DNA from: Bacteroidetes bacterium 37-13
Lineage (GTDB): Bacteria > Bacteroidota > Bacteroidia > Chitinophagales > LD1
Reading direction: 5' to 3'
Length of the DNA: 64,000 nucleotides
Assembly: GCA_001897535.1 (NCBI GenBank)
Contig: MKTC01000019.1
Span: 26,535 to 90,534 of the forward strand
Under the pieces are notes generated by a model that did no database searches, was not told the origin of the DNA, and was given only the letters and a program-made list of their open reading frames with translations. Positions 19,803-29,726 of the stretch are shown here, piece after piece (positions within the stretch are counted from its first letter, which is position 1; every line of letters begins with the position of its first letter). A program made the translations under genes and the position numbers.

Positions 19803-22190
19803 ATGAGAAAATTTTATTTTTTTCTACTAATACTCACAACAGTTCAATTGCTTTTTGCCCAAGATAAAAAGGCGATAAAAGGGCAAGTAACTGATAAAGA
19901 TTCACATTACCCGATTATTGGTGCAACGGTGGTTGTGCTTGGTTCTAAACCTTTAGTTGGCACACAAACTGATGAGTTTGGATACTACAAATTAGAGGTT
20001 CCTTTGGGCCGTGTTTCCATAAAAGTTTCGTACATGGGTTATCAAGATGGCGGAGCTGCAAATGTTTTGGTAATGTCGGGTAAAGAAACGCAGGTAAATA
20101 TCGAATTAGAAGAGAAAGTAAATGAAATAAACGAAGTAGTAATTACAGATAGTAAAAACGAAGGAAGAGCCAAGAATGAATTTGCCGCAGTGAGTGCGCG
20201 CTCGTTTGATGTAGAACTCACAAGTAGGTTTAGTGGCAATAGAAATGACCCTGCACGAATGGCTTCAAATTTTGCAGGTGTGAGTGGTGCAAACGATGCG
20301 CGAAACGATATAATTATTCGCGGCAATTCGCCCATAGGTTTGCTTTGGAGACTCGAAGAAATAAATATTCCAAATCCAAATCACTTTGGTGGTTTTGGAA
20401 GCACCGGAGGCCCCGTGAGTATGCTCAATAATAACACTTTGGCGCATGGCGATTTTTTTACTGCCGCTTTTCCTGCGCAGTATGGCAATGCGCTTTCGGG
20501 AGTGTTCGATTTATCAATGCGAAACGGAAATAAAGATAAACACGAGTTTCTTATTCAGCTTGGTTTTAATGGTATAGAATTAGGCGCAGAAGGTCCTTTT
20601 CATAAAAAGAAAAGTAGAGCTTCGTTTATGATAAACTATCGCTATTCCACACTCGCGTTTTTTAAATTGCTGAAGGCAAATTTTGGAACAGGAACTGCGG
20701 TGCCGCAGTATCAAGATTTGAGTTTTAAAATTGATATTCCGACCAAGAAAGCGGGTATATTTCGCTTCTGGGGTTTGGGCGGTTTAAGTTCTATTGAAAT
20801 TTTAGGTTCCAAAGTTGATTTGGCAAAAAATCCAAACAATCTTTATGGCAACGAAAATCAAGATATTTACAACAAAGTGCAGACAGGCGTTTTCGGTTTT
20901 TCGCATACTTATTTTTTCAATTCAAAATCGTTTTACAAATTTAATGTTGCTGTTTCGCACCAAGGACAGTATGCAAATATTGATTCTGTGAGCATTGTAA
21001 ATAGAACAGATATAGTTCGCGTGAACAAAGTGGGGCTTTTGCAAACAAAGATTACGGGGCACGTTTTTTACAACAATAAAATCAATGCAAAGAATGTAGT
21101 GAAGACTGGTATTATTGCTGATGTTTTCAGATTGAATTTTAATGACAGTATAAGAATTGATTCTACTTCTTTTGCAGCACAAAAAAGTGGAAAAGGCTGG
21201 AGTGCACTCATTGAAGCTTATGCAATGTGGCAGCATAAATTTACTACGCAACTTTCATTGAATACAGGTTTTCATATTCAATATTTTACACTTAGCAATA
21301 GTGTTGCTCCTGAGCCGCGCATCAATTTAAAATATCAGTTTAGAGAAAATCAGTTTGTGAGTATTGGTTATGGTTTGCATCATCAAATTCAACCTTTGCC
21401 AACGTACTACAACTACGATGTGAAAACCGGAATGCCTGCAAAACCTACCAATCTCGGCATGAGTTTTAGTAGAAGCCAGCATATTGTTGCCGGTTACGAT
21501 TTGGTTTTTCACAAATCATTTCATTTAAAAACTGAAGCCTATTTTCAATATGTAGATAAAGTTCCGGTAGAGCAATTTAAGAGCTCATTTAGTATGTTGA
21601 ATGCCGGAGCAGATTTTGCCACACCAAACAATTCCTTTCTAGTAAATAAAGGTGTTGGTTATAATTACGGATTAGAACTCACAGTCGAAAAATTTTTCAA
21701 TAAAGGCTATTATTTTTTGGTTACGACTTCGCTCTTTCAATCAAAGTATAAAGGCAGCGACAATGTGTGGCGCAATACGGCTTTCAACGGTTTATATGTG
21801 GTGAATGCGCTGGGCGGTTATGAGTATCGCTTTGGTGGAAAGAAAGATAAAACAAAAAGACATACCGTTGCTTTTGACATGAAAATGACTGGAGCCGGAG
21901 GGCGGTGTTACACGCCAATTGATGTAACAGCAAGCGGTTTGGCACATAGCCAAGTTTTAGTTGATAGCCTTGCTTTTTCTCAAAAGTATCAAGATTATTT
22001 TCGCTTAGATTTTAAAGTGAGTTATCGCCTAAGTATGAAGAGAGTAACGCAAGAAATTTCTATTGACTTGCAGAATATAGCGAACATCAAAAACATTTTT
22101 AGAAAGGTTTACAATCCGCGTACCAATTCTTTAAATAATGAATATCAGCAAGGGCTTTTTATTCTTCCGCAATACCGTTTGTTGTTTTAG
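19803..22190 (+). CDS. TonB-dependent receptor-like outer-membrane protein with carboxypeptidase-regulatory-like N-domain
   Basis: N-terminal 'KGQVTDKDSHYPIIGATVVV...TDEFGYYKLEV' is CarboxypepD_reg-like. A plug region 'DIIIRGNSP' follows, then a long beta-rich barrel ending in Phe. Confidence 0.7.
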   Translation: MRKFYFFLLILTTVQLLFAQDKKAIKGQVTDKDSHYPIIGATVVVLGSKPLVGTQTDEFGYYKLEVPLGRVSIKVSYMGYQDGGAANVLVMSGKETQVNIELEEKVNEINEVVITDSKNEGRAKNEFAAVSARSFDVELTSRFSGNRNDPARMASNFAGVSGANDARNDIIIRGNSPIGLLWRLEEINIPNPNHFGGFGSTGGPVSMLNNNTLAHGDFFTAAFPAQYGNALSGVFDLSMRNGNKDKHEFLIQLGFNGIELGAEGPFHKKKSRASFMINYRYSTLAFFKLLKANFGTGTAVPQYQDLSFKIDIPTKKAGIFRFWGLGGLSSIEILGSKVDLAKNPNNLYGNENQDIYNKVQTGVFGFSHTYFFNSKSFYKFNVAVSHQGQYANIDSVSIVNRTDIVRVNKVGLLQTKITGHVFYNNKINAKNVVKTGIIADVFRLNFNDSIRIDSTSFAAQKSGKGWSALIEAYAMWQHKFTTQLSLNTGFHIQYFTLSNSVAPEPRINLKYQFRENQFVSIGYGLHHQIQPLPTYYNYDVKTGMPAKPTNLGMSFSRSQHIVAGYDLVFHKSFHLKTEAYFQYVDKVPVEQFKSSFSMLNAGADFATPNNSFLVNKGVGYNYGLELTVEKFFNKGYYFLVTTSLFQSKYKGSDNVWRNTAFNGLYVVNALGGYEYRFGGKKDKTKRHTVAFDMKMTGAGGRCYTPIDVTASGLAHSQVLVDSLAFSQKYQDYFRLDFKVSYRLSMKRVTQEISIDLQNIANIKNIFRKVYNPRTNSLNNEYQQGLFILPQYRLLF

Positions 22191-22277
22191 CTTTTTTTTA
22201 GGTAGAATTATTTTGATAATTGCTCACTTTAAACCAACATTACAGAAATTAAACAAAACATAAAAAAAACGAGTAAA

Positions 22278-23222
22278 ATGAAAAAACAACTACTTTCTTT
22301 CGCATCAGTTGCATTGGTAACAACACTATTTGCACAGCAAACGCCTATTCAAAACGGAGGCTTTGAAACATGGGCAAGCGGAGCTAAAGCACCAACAGGT
22401 TGGAGTACAGTAGAATCTGCTGCCGATGGAGCCGGTTTAGGTATGCTATTAACTGGAAAAAAATTCAGCAGCAAAGAAACAACTGCCGGAAATTATGTTG
22501 AAGGAGTACAAGCTGTAAGTGTTCAAAACGATGAAGTTTCTATTCCGGGAAGTGGAACACAAAAAATTCCTGGAACTTTAATTTATGGAACAATCAATGT
22601 TTCTTTAGCAACACAAAGTTTCGATCCGGTTGGAACTGCATTTGCTGCTGCTCCGGACTTAATAAAATTTGCATATAAATATGAGCCTCAAGGTGGTGAT
22701 AGTGCTTCGTTCTTTGTGCGCTTAACCAAATTCAATTCTACGGTAGATTCTTCAGTAAATCTTGGTGGTGTATTTGAAAGTTTAGACTCTACTGGAAGTG
22801 CAAATTGGGATAGTGTTTCTGCTCCAATTGATTATGATCCACAATTTGCAGGACAAACTGCTGACACCGTTTTAATTGGTTTTCTTTCAGGCGGTATGGC
22901 AAATACAAAAGGCTCAAAACTTTGGGTAGATAATGTTCGCTTTGTTTACAACACACAAAGCGGAATTGTTGAATTACCTGTATCAACACCTACAATTAAA
23001 GTGTATCCAAACCCAGTTGTAAGCACATTAAACTTAGGCTTAAATAATATTGAAGAAAATAGCGTTATTTCTATCTATAGCTTAGCAGGAAATCAAAGCA
23101 TTTCTAAGCAATTATTGAGCAATCAAGTAAGCGTAAACGAACTTGCTGCAGGTCGCTATTTATTTACCATCAGCCATGGAAACAAAATAACAGGAACAGG
23201 CAATTTTAACGTAATTAAATAA
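22278..23222 (+). CDS. Secreted hypothetical protein with T9SS type A C-terminal sorting domain
   Basis: Signal peptide present. C-terminus 'KVYPNPVVSTLNLGL...ISIYSLAGNQ...LAAGRYLFTISHGNKITGTGNFNVIK'. Confidence 0.7.
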   Translation: MKKQLLSFASVALVTTLFAQQTPIQNGGFETWASGAKAPTGWSTVESAADGAGLGMLLTGKKFSSKETTAGNYVEGVQAVSVQNDEVSIPGSGTQKIPGTLIYGTINVSLATQSFDPVGTAFAAAPDLIKFAYKYEPQGGDSASFFVRLTKFNSTVDSSVNLGGVFESLDSTGSANWDSVSAPIDYDPQFAGQTADTVLIGFLSGGMANTKGSKLWVDNVRFVYNTQSGIVELPVSTPTIKVYPNPVVSTLNLGLNNIEENSVISIYSLAGNQSISKQLLSNQVSVNELAAGRYLFTISHGNKITGTGNFNVIK

Positions 23223-23246
23223 ACAAAATACAGATACTTATACAGA

Positions 23247-24161
23247 ATGAAAGCAAATAATATTCTTGAAACTATTGGCAACACTCCACACTTAAAAATT
23301 AACCGCCTTTTTGGTGATGCAGATGTGTGGATAAAACTTGAAAAGGCAAATCCAACTGGAAGTATTAAAGACCGTATTGCACTTGGAATGGTTGAAGATG
23401 CCGAAAAGAGTGGAGCATTAAAGAAAGGTGGAGTAATTATTGAACCTACTTCCGGCAATACCGGAATTGGTTTAGCAATGGTAGCTGCCGTAAAAGGTTA
23501 TAAGATTATTTTGGTGATGCCCGAAAGCATGAGTGTGGAAAGAAGACGTTTAATGAAGGCTTATGGTGCTGAATTTGAACTTACGCCACGCGAAAAAGGC
23601 ATGAATGGTTCTATTGCAAAAGCACAAGAATTGTTGGCTTCTATACCAAATTCGTGGATGCCGAATCAGTTTGCAAATCCTGCAAATGTTGAAGCACATG
23701 CACGCACAACAGCAAAAGAAGTATTGGCTGATTTTCCAAATGGCGTTGATGTGGTAATTGCCGGAGTTGGAACTGGAGGACACATTACTGCCGTTGCAAA
23801 AGCGCTAAAGGAAAAATTCCCTAATACAAAAGTGCTTGCTGTTGAGCCGGAACTTTCTGCCGTAATTAGCGGGGGCAAACCCGGACCGCACCCACTTCAA
23901 GGACTTGGCGCAGGTTTTATTCCTGAAAATTTAGATACTTCAGTTTTAGATGGCACCATTTCTGTGAGTAAAGATGCTGCTTATGAATACACTTTGCGTG
24001 CCGCGAAAGAAGAAGGCTTATTTGGCGGAATTTCGAGCGGAGCCATACTTGCTGCTATTGCACAGAAATTAGGCGAACTTCCAAAAGGTGCTAAGGTATT
24101 AGGTTTCAACTACGATACAGGAGATAGATACCTTTCTGTAGAAGGTTTGTTTGAAGTTTAG
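23247..24161 (+). CDS. cysK: Cysteine synthase A (O-acetylserine sulfhydrylase)
   Basis: PLP-lysine motif 'NPTGSIKDR', plus '[12 protein letters not shown]' and '[10 protein letters not shown]'. Confidence 0.9.
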   Translation: MKANNILETIGNTPHLKINRLFGDADVWIKLEKANPTGSIKDRIALGMVEDAEKSGALKKGGVIIEPTSGNTGIGLAMVAAVKGYKIILVMPESMSVERRRLMKAYGAEFELTPREKGMNGSIAKAQELLASIPNSWMPNQFANPANVEAHARTTAKEVLADFPNGVDVVIAGVGTGGHITAVAKALKEKFPNTKVLAVEPELSAVISGGKPGPHPLQGLGAGFIPENLDTSVLDGTISVSKDAAYEYTLRAAKEEGLFGGISSGAILAAIAQKLGELPKGAKVLGFNYDTGDRYLSVEGLFEV

Positions 24162-24180
24162 TTTAAACTAAACGATAGTA

Positions 24181-24218
24181 AAAAGCCCCTTCGCATTTAT
24201 TTGTGGAGGGGCTTTTTT
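24181..24218. terminator. Bidirectional rho-independent terminator between cysK and the convergent lipoprotein gene
   Basis: aaaagcccct ... aggggctttttt: a GC-rich stem flanked by an A-run and a T-run. Confidence 0.8.
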
Positions 24219-24242
24219 ATTTTAAGAATTTTCCAAGGCAGT

Positions 24243-25430
24243 TCAATTTACTTTAATTGTTTTTGAAAATGCCGCTTTTGAAAAGTCGTTTTCAAAATAC
24301 TCAATCAAGAATGTTTTTCCTGGTTTTAGCATAATTGAAACATCGGCCGCTTGCTCAGAATTAATTACAGTAAATGATTGCACTTTATTTGTTTCATCAT
24401 ATTGTGAAACATTCCAATTGTAGAGTGAATTAAACACATAGGTGAAATCAGTAATGTCTGATGAGTGAATATTTATTTTTACCCGAGTGCATTTTTGGGG
24501 TAGAACTCTCACGCTAAAGGTAGAACCGCTGAAAGTGAGTTTGCTTTTATTGAGGATATTATCACCAAAATCTCCCATAGCCGGATAATTTATTACGGTA
24601 TTTGTTGCCGTATATGTTGAATTATTTATGAACTGCTTTATGTAATATTCAAAATTATGAATTGAAGGTGTTATACCTAAGTTTAAATAATAATTGGTGA
24701 TATTATTTCGGATAGAAACAGTATCCAATAAAAGAGCATGATCAATAAGAGAAGATTTTACGAGAGTGTTATCTAATATTCCGTCAGAACTTAAATCTAC
24801 GCTAATTGTAGTTAGTAAAGAGGAAAGTTCGCTTTCTGTTCTATAACCTTGTAATATGGCAGAAACGGCAAGTAAAATTCCATCGCCATTTCCATTGTTT
24901 GAAATATCTAAATACTCTGAGTTTTGAATACCGGTTGAAGAAATATTGAAAATATTAAGCACTTCGGATTGTGCCATTTTTTTTGCAGCATCGTAAGCCA
25001 TTCCATTTTTTGCTAAGTATTCTACTCTCGGTTTTTCAAGATGGGTTAAAATATTTACATTTAAAGAATTTGTATTGCTTACATCAGAAATTGCATTTAA
25101 AGTAAGTTGCGAAATAGAGTTTGAACCACATACTTCATTAAAATAAAATCCATCTGCTCTAAGAGCAACAAAATTTGAAGTCAGCGCAACTTTATCTATC
25201 TGGAAACTTCCGATATTATTTGTGATTTGGGTGTAAAATGTTTTACCTGTTTGTGAGTAATCTTTATCAAGTTCATAGAGCATCACAGAGGTTCCACTTA
25301 AAAAAGGACCCTTTTGCACAGCACCACTTATTGCTTTATTAAAAGGGCGAACTTTATCTTTTGTGCAACCACTTAAAAATAAAACAGTAGCTATTGTAGC
25401 ACTTAAGCTTAGGAGTAAAAGACGTTTCAT
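24243..25430 (-). CDS. Hypothetical lipoprotein
   Basis: The preferred start gives 'MKRLLLLSLSATIATVLFLSGC' (lipobox). The track start at 25490 adds 20 non-hydrophobic residues. No enzymatic motif seen. Confidence 0.55.
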   Translation of the reverse strand: MKRLLLLSLSATIATVLFLSGCTKDKVRPFNKAISGAVQKGPFLSGTSVMLYELDKDYSQTGKTFYTQITNNIGSFQIDKVALTSNFVALRADGFYFNEVCGSNSISQLTLNAISDVSNTNSLNVNILTHLEKPRVEYLAKNGMAYDAAKKMAQSEVLNIFNISSTGIQNSEYLDISNNGNGDGILLAVSAILQGYRTESELSSLLTTISVDLSSDGILDNTLVKSSLIDHALLLDTVSIRNNITNYYLNLGITPSIHNFEYYIKQFINNSTYTATNTVINYPAMGDFGDNILNKSKLTFSGSTFSVRVLPQKCTRVKINIHSSDITDFTYVFNSLYNWNVSQYDETNKVQSFTVINSEQAADVSIMLKPGKTFLIEYFENDFSKAAFSKTIKVN

Positions 25431-25480
25431 TGGTATTGTTTTAGAATGGAGAAGGTAACTTATCTTATCTATTGTTGCCA

Positions 25481-26017
25481 TTAATTGCAATTTATAATAA
25501 TCGGTGGCGTAACCACTCCGTTGCTTAAATGCCCGGCTCGGTCTTTAATAAAAACAGTATAAACCAAAGTATCATCAGGGCAACCTGGAGCAGGTGAGCA
25601 ATTTCTTACCTTGCAAGCCAAAGCAGAAGTGGTAAACTCTATTTCGCCCGAAATAGCAGGATATTTCCCTTGTGGCGTAACAAATGGCAGCGACTTAGCT
25701 TCTAAACAACTATCGCGATGGTCCAAAAGTATCAGCGACCAAAAATCATCTTTAAAATAACTTGTATCAGAGTAAAGGTCGCAAGGTTGCGATTGGTATT
25801 TGGCTTGCGAACCGCTTGAAGCACCTAAGTCGGCATCACCATCGGTAAAAGTTAATGCAAATCTAACTGTATCGTATTCGTTTACTTTTTCGGCAGAAGC
25901 ACTTTTAAATTCAATGGCAGGCTCTATCGGATGCGATGGCGGATTTTTATTGCACTGCACAATTAAAATTATCAATAAGCCAATGGCACAAATAGAAATT
26001 GCTTTTTGTAAAAACAT
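25481..26017 (-). CDS. Hypothetical Cys-rich lipoprotein
   Basis: Lipobox-like 'LLIILIVQCNK'. It carries a 'FTDGDADLG' motif and several paired cysteines. It sits directly upstream of the 24243 gene on the same strand. Confidence 0.5.
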   Translation of the reverse strand: MFLQKAISICAIGLLIILIVQCNKNPPSHPIEPAIEFKSASAEKVNEYDTVRFALTFTDGDADLGASSGSQAKYQSQPCDLYSDTSYFKDDFWSLILLDHRDSCLEAKSLPFVTPQGKYPAISGEIEFTTSALACKVRNCSPAPGCPDDTLVYTVFIKDRAGHLSNGVVTPPIIINCN

Positions 26018-26158
26018 AAATGCAAGATGAAAAAAATACGCGAAAGGAAGTTATTTGCTATGAATATTTCTGTTTATTGTTCTTTCATTTCTATAAATCG
26101 TATGGGTTTAATTTTATTTTGAAAATTTTATCTTCTTTCATGCGTCATAAGTTCATCT

Positions 26159-26407
26159 TTGCAGCACATTATGAATAACTTTTTTAAAATACTTGCTAAG
26201 TATCCAACCGTTTCGCTACGGCTTCTTTTTGCTTTGGTTTTTGTAAGCATAAGCCTTGTAATTTTATATATTCCATCGGTAACGAATGGCGCAAATGCCA
26301 ATACCAGAGTCATTTTTAGCGCACTCACTTTTGTGTATGGCAGTTACCGCTTTGTTACATTTTGGTTAGAATATCAAAAAGCTAAAAAGGAAGAAGGAAT
26401 AAAATGA
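26159..26407 (+). CDS. Small membrane protein, unknown function
   Basis: 82 aa with two hydrophobic helices. Its stop overlaps the start of the next gene (ATGA), suggesting translational coupling. Confidence 0.4.
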   Translation: MQHIMNNFFKILAKYPTVSLRLLFALVFVSISLVILYIPSVTNGANANTRVIFSALTFVYGSYRFVTFWLEYQKAKKEEGIK

Positions 26408-27348
26408 AGAACATTGTAAGAGTGCTTTTTATTTTGGTAGTAATCTTAAGTTTAAGTGCTTGTAGCGAAGACGCACTTAAAATTAAATATTATCCAACTA
26501 TTGAAGAGAAAAACACAGGCACATTAGAAATTTATTGCGATGAAGATTTAAAGAGCATTGCTGAACAGCAAATTGAAATTTTTGTGCTTAATTATCCTGC
26601 CGCAAATGTGAAACCAATATTTGCATCAGAAAAAGTAATCGTTGAAAAATTATTAAACGGAACTGCACGCACAGCCATACTTTCAAGAAATTTATCTAAA
26701 GCCGAAACCGATAAAATTTCGCAGGTAAATGCAATCAAATGTAGTCAGCATGTTTTGGCAAAAAGTGCCTTAGCATTAGTTTCAAAAAAAGGTGAGGCAA
26801 AAACATTAACCGATACTGAACTTAAAGGATTATTTACCAACGGGAAAACACCAATTATTGTTGAAGGAAAAGAGAGTAACCGATTAAAAATTGTTACTAC
26901 AGAATTGGGCGTAACTAATTTTGGTAATCAAATTTTTGCTATGAATAATTTAGATAGTGTGCTAACTTATTTAGAACAAAATAAAGATGCAGTTGGGCTA
27001 ATTGATTATGCTAATATTAGTGATGAAAATTCTCCTAAAGCAAAAGAAATTCTAAGCAAAATTTCTGTGTTTAAAGTAAATACGAACTGCGATAGTATCA
27101 CTGAAATTGTATCAGCAAATCCAAACGATATTTACACAGGTTGCTATCCTTTAGTTGCGCCAATAAATTATGTGCTTACCGACCTTCAAAATAAATTGAG
27201 TGGCGGCTTTCTTAATTTTTTAATTAAGCCGAAAGCATCGCGTATTTTTCTTCGTGGAGGCTTTATTCCATTTCTTTTGCCCGAGAGAGAAATTATTATA
27301 GACACTTCTGCTGTGAAGGGAGAAAAGCAATCAAAATTTAATAAGTAA
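26404..27348 (+). CDS. PstS-like periplasmic substrate-binding lipoprotein (PBP superfamily)
   Basis: Lipobox 'LSLSAC'. The overall 'TGTLEIYCDE...TARTAILSR...' pattern resembles phosphate-binding-protein-like domains. No cognate ABC permease or ATPase is adjacent. Confidence 0.45.
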   Translation: MKNIVRVLFILVVILSLSACSEDALKIKYYPTIEEKNTGTLEIYCDEDLKSIAEQQIEIFVLNYPAANVKPIFASEKVIVEKLLNGTARTAILSRNLSKAETDKISQVNAIKCSQHVLAKSALALVSKKGEAKTLTDTELKGLFTNGKTPIIVEGKESNRLKIVTTELGVTNFGNQIFAMNNLDSVLTYLEQNKDAVGLIDYANISDENSPKAKEILSKISVFKVNTNCDSITEIVSANPNDIYTGCYPLVAPINYVLTDLQNKLSGGFLNFLIKPKASRIFLRGGFIPFLLPEREIIIDTSAVKGEKQSKFNK

Positions 27349-27362
27349 ATTTCAATTTCAGA

Positions 27363-27800
27363 ATGAAAAGTATTTGGAAAACAGAACCCAATTTGGAAGT
27401 ATTAAATGGTTGGCGCGGCAAAGGCGCAAGCGATACCATGGGAATAGAAATGATAGATGCCGGTCTGGATTTTTTAAAAGCAAAAATGCCCGTAGATGAA
27501 CGCACGCGCCAGCCTTTTGGCATATTACACGGTGGCGCAAGTTGTGTATTGGCAGAAACACTTGGCAGCGTTGCAGGTAGCTTATGTGTTGAATATGGTA
27601 AGCAAATTGTGGTGGGTTTAGAAATAAATGCAAATCACATTCGCCCGGCAAAAGAAGGTTGGGTTTATGGCACTGTAAAACCTTTGCACTTAGGTAACAC
27701 AACTCAAGTTTGGGAAATAAAAATTACCAACGAAGAAGATAAATTAGTTTGCATAAGCAGACTTACCTTGGCAGTAAAAGACATGCCAAATAAAGCTTAG
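27363..27800 (+). CDS. PaaI/YdiI-type hotdog-fold thioesterase
   Basis: 'QPFGILHGGASCVLAETLGS' is the PaaI-family active-site region. Confidence 0.8.
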   Translation: MKSIWKTEPNLEVLNGWRGKGASDTMGIEMIDAGLDFLKAKMPVDERTRQPFGILHGGASCVLAETLGSVAGSLCVEYGKQIVVGLEINANHIRPAKEGWVYGTVKPLHLGNTTQVWEIKITNEEDKLVCISRLTLAVKDMPNKA

Positions 27801-28282
27801 TCTTCTGCTTTTATTTGGAGTGCTTTTTCAACCTTTAAACCCACATTGCGAATATTGCGCAGCGGATTCACACGCATATCTTGCGAAATGCTGAAAGTGT
27901 AATTTCCTTTTTCAGGAAACAAAGCATTTTCTTGTATTGGAATTTGAATAAAACAATCATCGCTGGAGCAATCGCCAAACCATTTTCCGTCTGCTTCGCT
28001 CAATGCTAAATTTACGCGCTTCGATAGCTTTTTGCCACTTGGAAATTGAGTGTTTACTTCAACCCAAAGGTTTCTCCACTCAAAATGGAAAGAATGGCGA
28101 ATATTGATGTAGATATTGTAATGTATTGTGGTATCTTCAATAGGAACTTCAAAATCTTGGTGTTGTTCATAGTTCCACAATTCATTTTTTAGTGGATTGT
28201 TTTTATCTACAACTACAGTTTGATTACAACTATTCAGCAATAAAATAGCGATAAAAGCAAATAGCCAAAAGGTGTTTTTCAT
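27797..28282 (-). CDS. gldH: Gliding-motility lipoprotein GldH
   Basis: 161 aa with lipobox 'LLLNSC'. 'NLWVEVNTQFPSGKK...' and the terminal 'VGLKVEKA' match the GldH pattern. It also has the conserved position immediately downstream of the PSP1 gene. Confidence 0.75.
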   Translation of the reverse strand: MKNTFWLFAFIAILLLNSCNQTVVVDKNNPLKNELWNYEQHQDFEVPIEDTTIHYNIYINIRHSFHFEWRNLWVEVNTQFPSGKKLSKRVNLALSEADGKWFGDCSSDDCFIQIPIQENALFPEKGNYTFSISQDMRVNPLRNIRNVGLKVEKALQIKAED

Positions 28283-28300
28283 AAATTGAAAAGCAAGTTT

Positions 28301-29614
28301 TTATGAATCTTTTTTGTCAGATTGGTTATTGTTATTTGGCTTATGGAGCGGCTTCTTGTGATGATGTTTTTTGTGATGTTGTTGAGCCCCTTGTTTGTTT
28401 CCGGTTTGCTGCGGAGGTGCATTGTTTTCATCAGCTTTTTGCGCTTGCGTTTGGCTTGCACTTGCCTTTTGCTGCGGCTTTGAATATGGTTGTCTTTCTT
28501 TAGAGTGATGTTTTTTATTGCGTTTCTTTCTATCTTTCTCTTCTAAAGTTGCCAAGCTAATTTGTCCTACTAAATCATCGTGTTTGCTTTCATCTTTTAC
28601 CTCTTCTACCAACGCATAGTTTTCAAGACTTTGTGGCTTTTGGTTGTTTTTGTTCATCCAAAGCAATTCCTTGGCATCTTCAACTGAAAGCTTGTAAAAC
28701 ACACCGCGCTTATCTTCGTATTCGTACCACAAAAGTTGCTTTAGAATTTCAGTTTTCTTTAAATAAGCAATGCCTTCATCGGTAGCTATTTTATCGGAAT
28801 GTTTAGGGAAGTTTTTGAGTGCATCGTTGTAGGTGTCTAACTCAAAATTTAAGCAGCATTTTAAACGCCCGCATAAGCCGCTAAGTTTTTCAGTATTTAT
28901 AGCAAGGTTTTGGTAGCGAATGGCGTTAGTGCTTACCGATTTAAAATCGTTTAGCCAAGTAGAGCAGCACAATTCGCGACCGCAAGAACCAATGCCGCCA
29001 ATGCGCGCAGCTTCTTGACGTGAGCCGATTTGGCGCATTTCAATTTTTACTTTAAATTCTCTTGCATAAACTTTTACTAATTCTCTAAAATCTACCCTGT
29101 CATCTGCGGTGTAGTAAATGGTAAGTTTTTTTCCATCGCCTTGAAATTCCACATCGCCAATTTTCATTTCTAACTTTAAAGTTCTTGCGATAGCGCGCGC
29201 GCGAACCATAATTTCTTTTTCCTTATTTCGGCAGTCGAGTAGTAAATCAATATCGGCTTGGTCGGCAATTCTGATAATATTTCTGATGGTATCTTCGCGC
29301 TCACTTACCTTCTTCTTTTTCATTTGCAATTTCACCAATTCGCCTTGCAAATTCATTTCGCCAATATCGTAACCTTGTGCTGCTTCTACCACAATCAATT
29401 CACCTTTGCTGAAATCAAACAAATCAGCATTTCTATAAAAACCTTTTCGTGAACCGTTTTTAAAACTCACTTCAACCATATTGAAGTTTTCGTTGAAAGA
29501 AAGCGGAAGATTTGAAAACCAATCATAAACATCATGCCTGTTACAACCACCCGAAGAACAGCCACCACTCGAGCAACCGCCTCCTCCATTAGTACCACAA
29601 CTTGAACATCCCAT
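28301..29614 (-). CDS. PSP1 domain protein (RicT/YaaT-like)
   Basis: N-terminal Cys/Gly cluster 'MGCSSCGTNGGGGCSSGGCSSGGC'. PSP1 core 'GSCGRELCCSTWL...LSGLCGRLKCCLNFE'. Low-complexity K/Q/H tail. Confidence 0.8.
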   Translation of the reverse strand: MGCSSCGTNGGGGCSSGGCSSGGCNRHDVYDWFSNLPLSFNENFNMVEVSFKNGSRKGFYRNADLFDFSKGELIVVEAAQGYDIGEMNLQGELVKLQMKKKKVSEREDTIRNIIRIADQADIDLLLDCRNKEKEIMVRARAIARTLKLEMKIGDVEFQGDGKKLTIYYTADDRVDFRELVKVYAREFKVKIEMRQIGSRQEAARIGGIGSCGRELCCSTWLNDFKSVSTNAIRYQNLAINTEKLSGLCGRLKCCLNFELDTYNDALKNFPKHSDKIATDEGIAYLKKTEILKQLLWYEYEDKRGVFYKLSVEDAKELLWMNKNNQKPQSLENYALVEEVKDESKHDDLVGQISLATLEEKDRKKRNKKHHSKERQPYSKPQQKASASQTQAQKADENNAPPQQTGNKQGAQQHHKKHHHKKPLHKPNNNNQSDKKDS

Positions 29615-29689
29615 ATATATAAACTCCTATTCTGTATTCTTTTTTGAAGGCACTAAACTAACATTTCAAAAATTAAACTGTGTAATAAA

Positions 29690-29707
29690 AGAAAGTTATT
29701 ACTTTCT
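29690..29707 (-). terminator. Possible weak terminator hairpin after rarA
   Basis: Perfect 7-bp stem agaaagt/actttct with a 4-nt loop. On the minus strand only a short T-rich tail follows. Confidence 0.3.
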
Positions 29708-29726
29708 AAAATTGCTTAATGCTATA

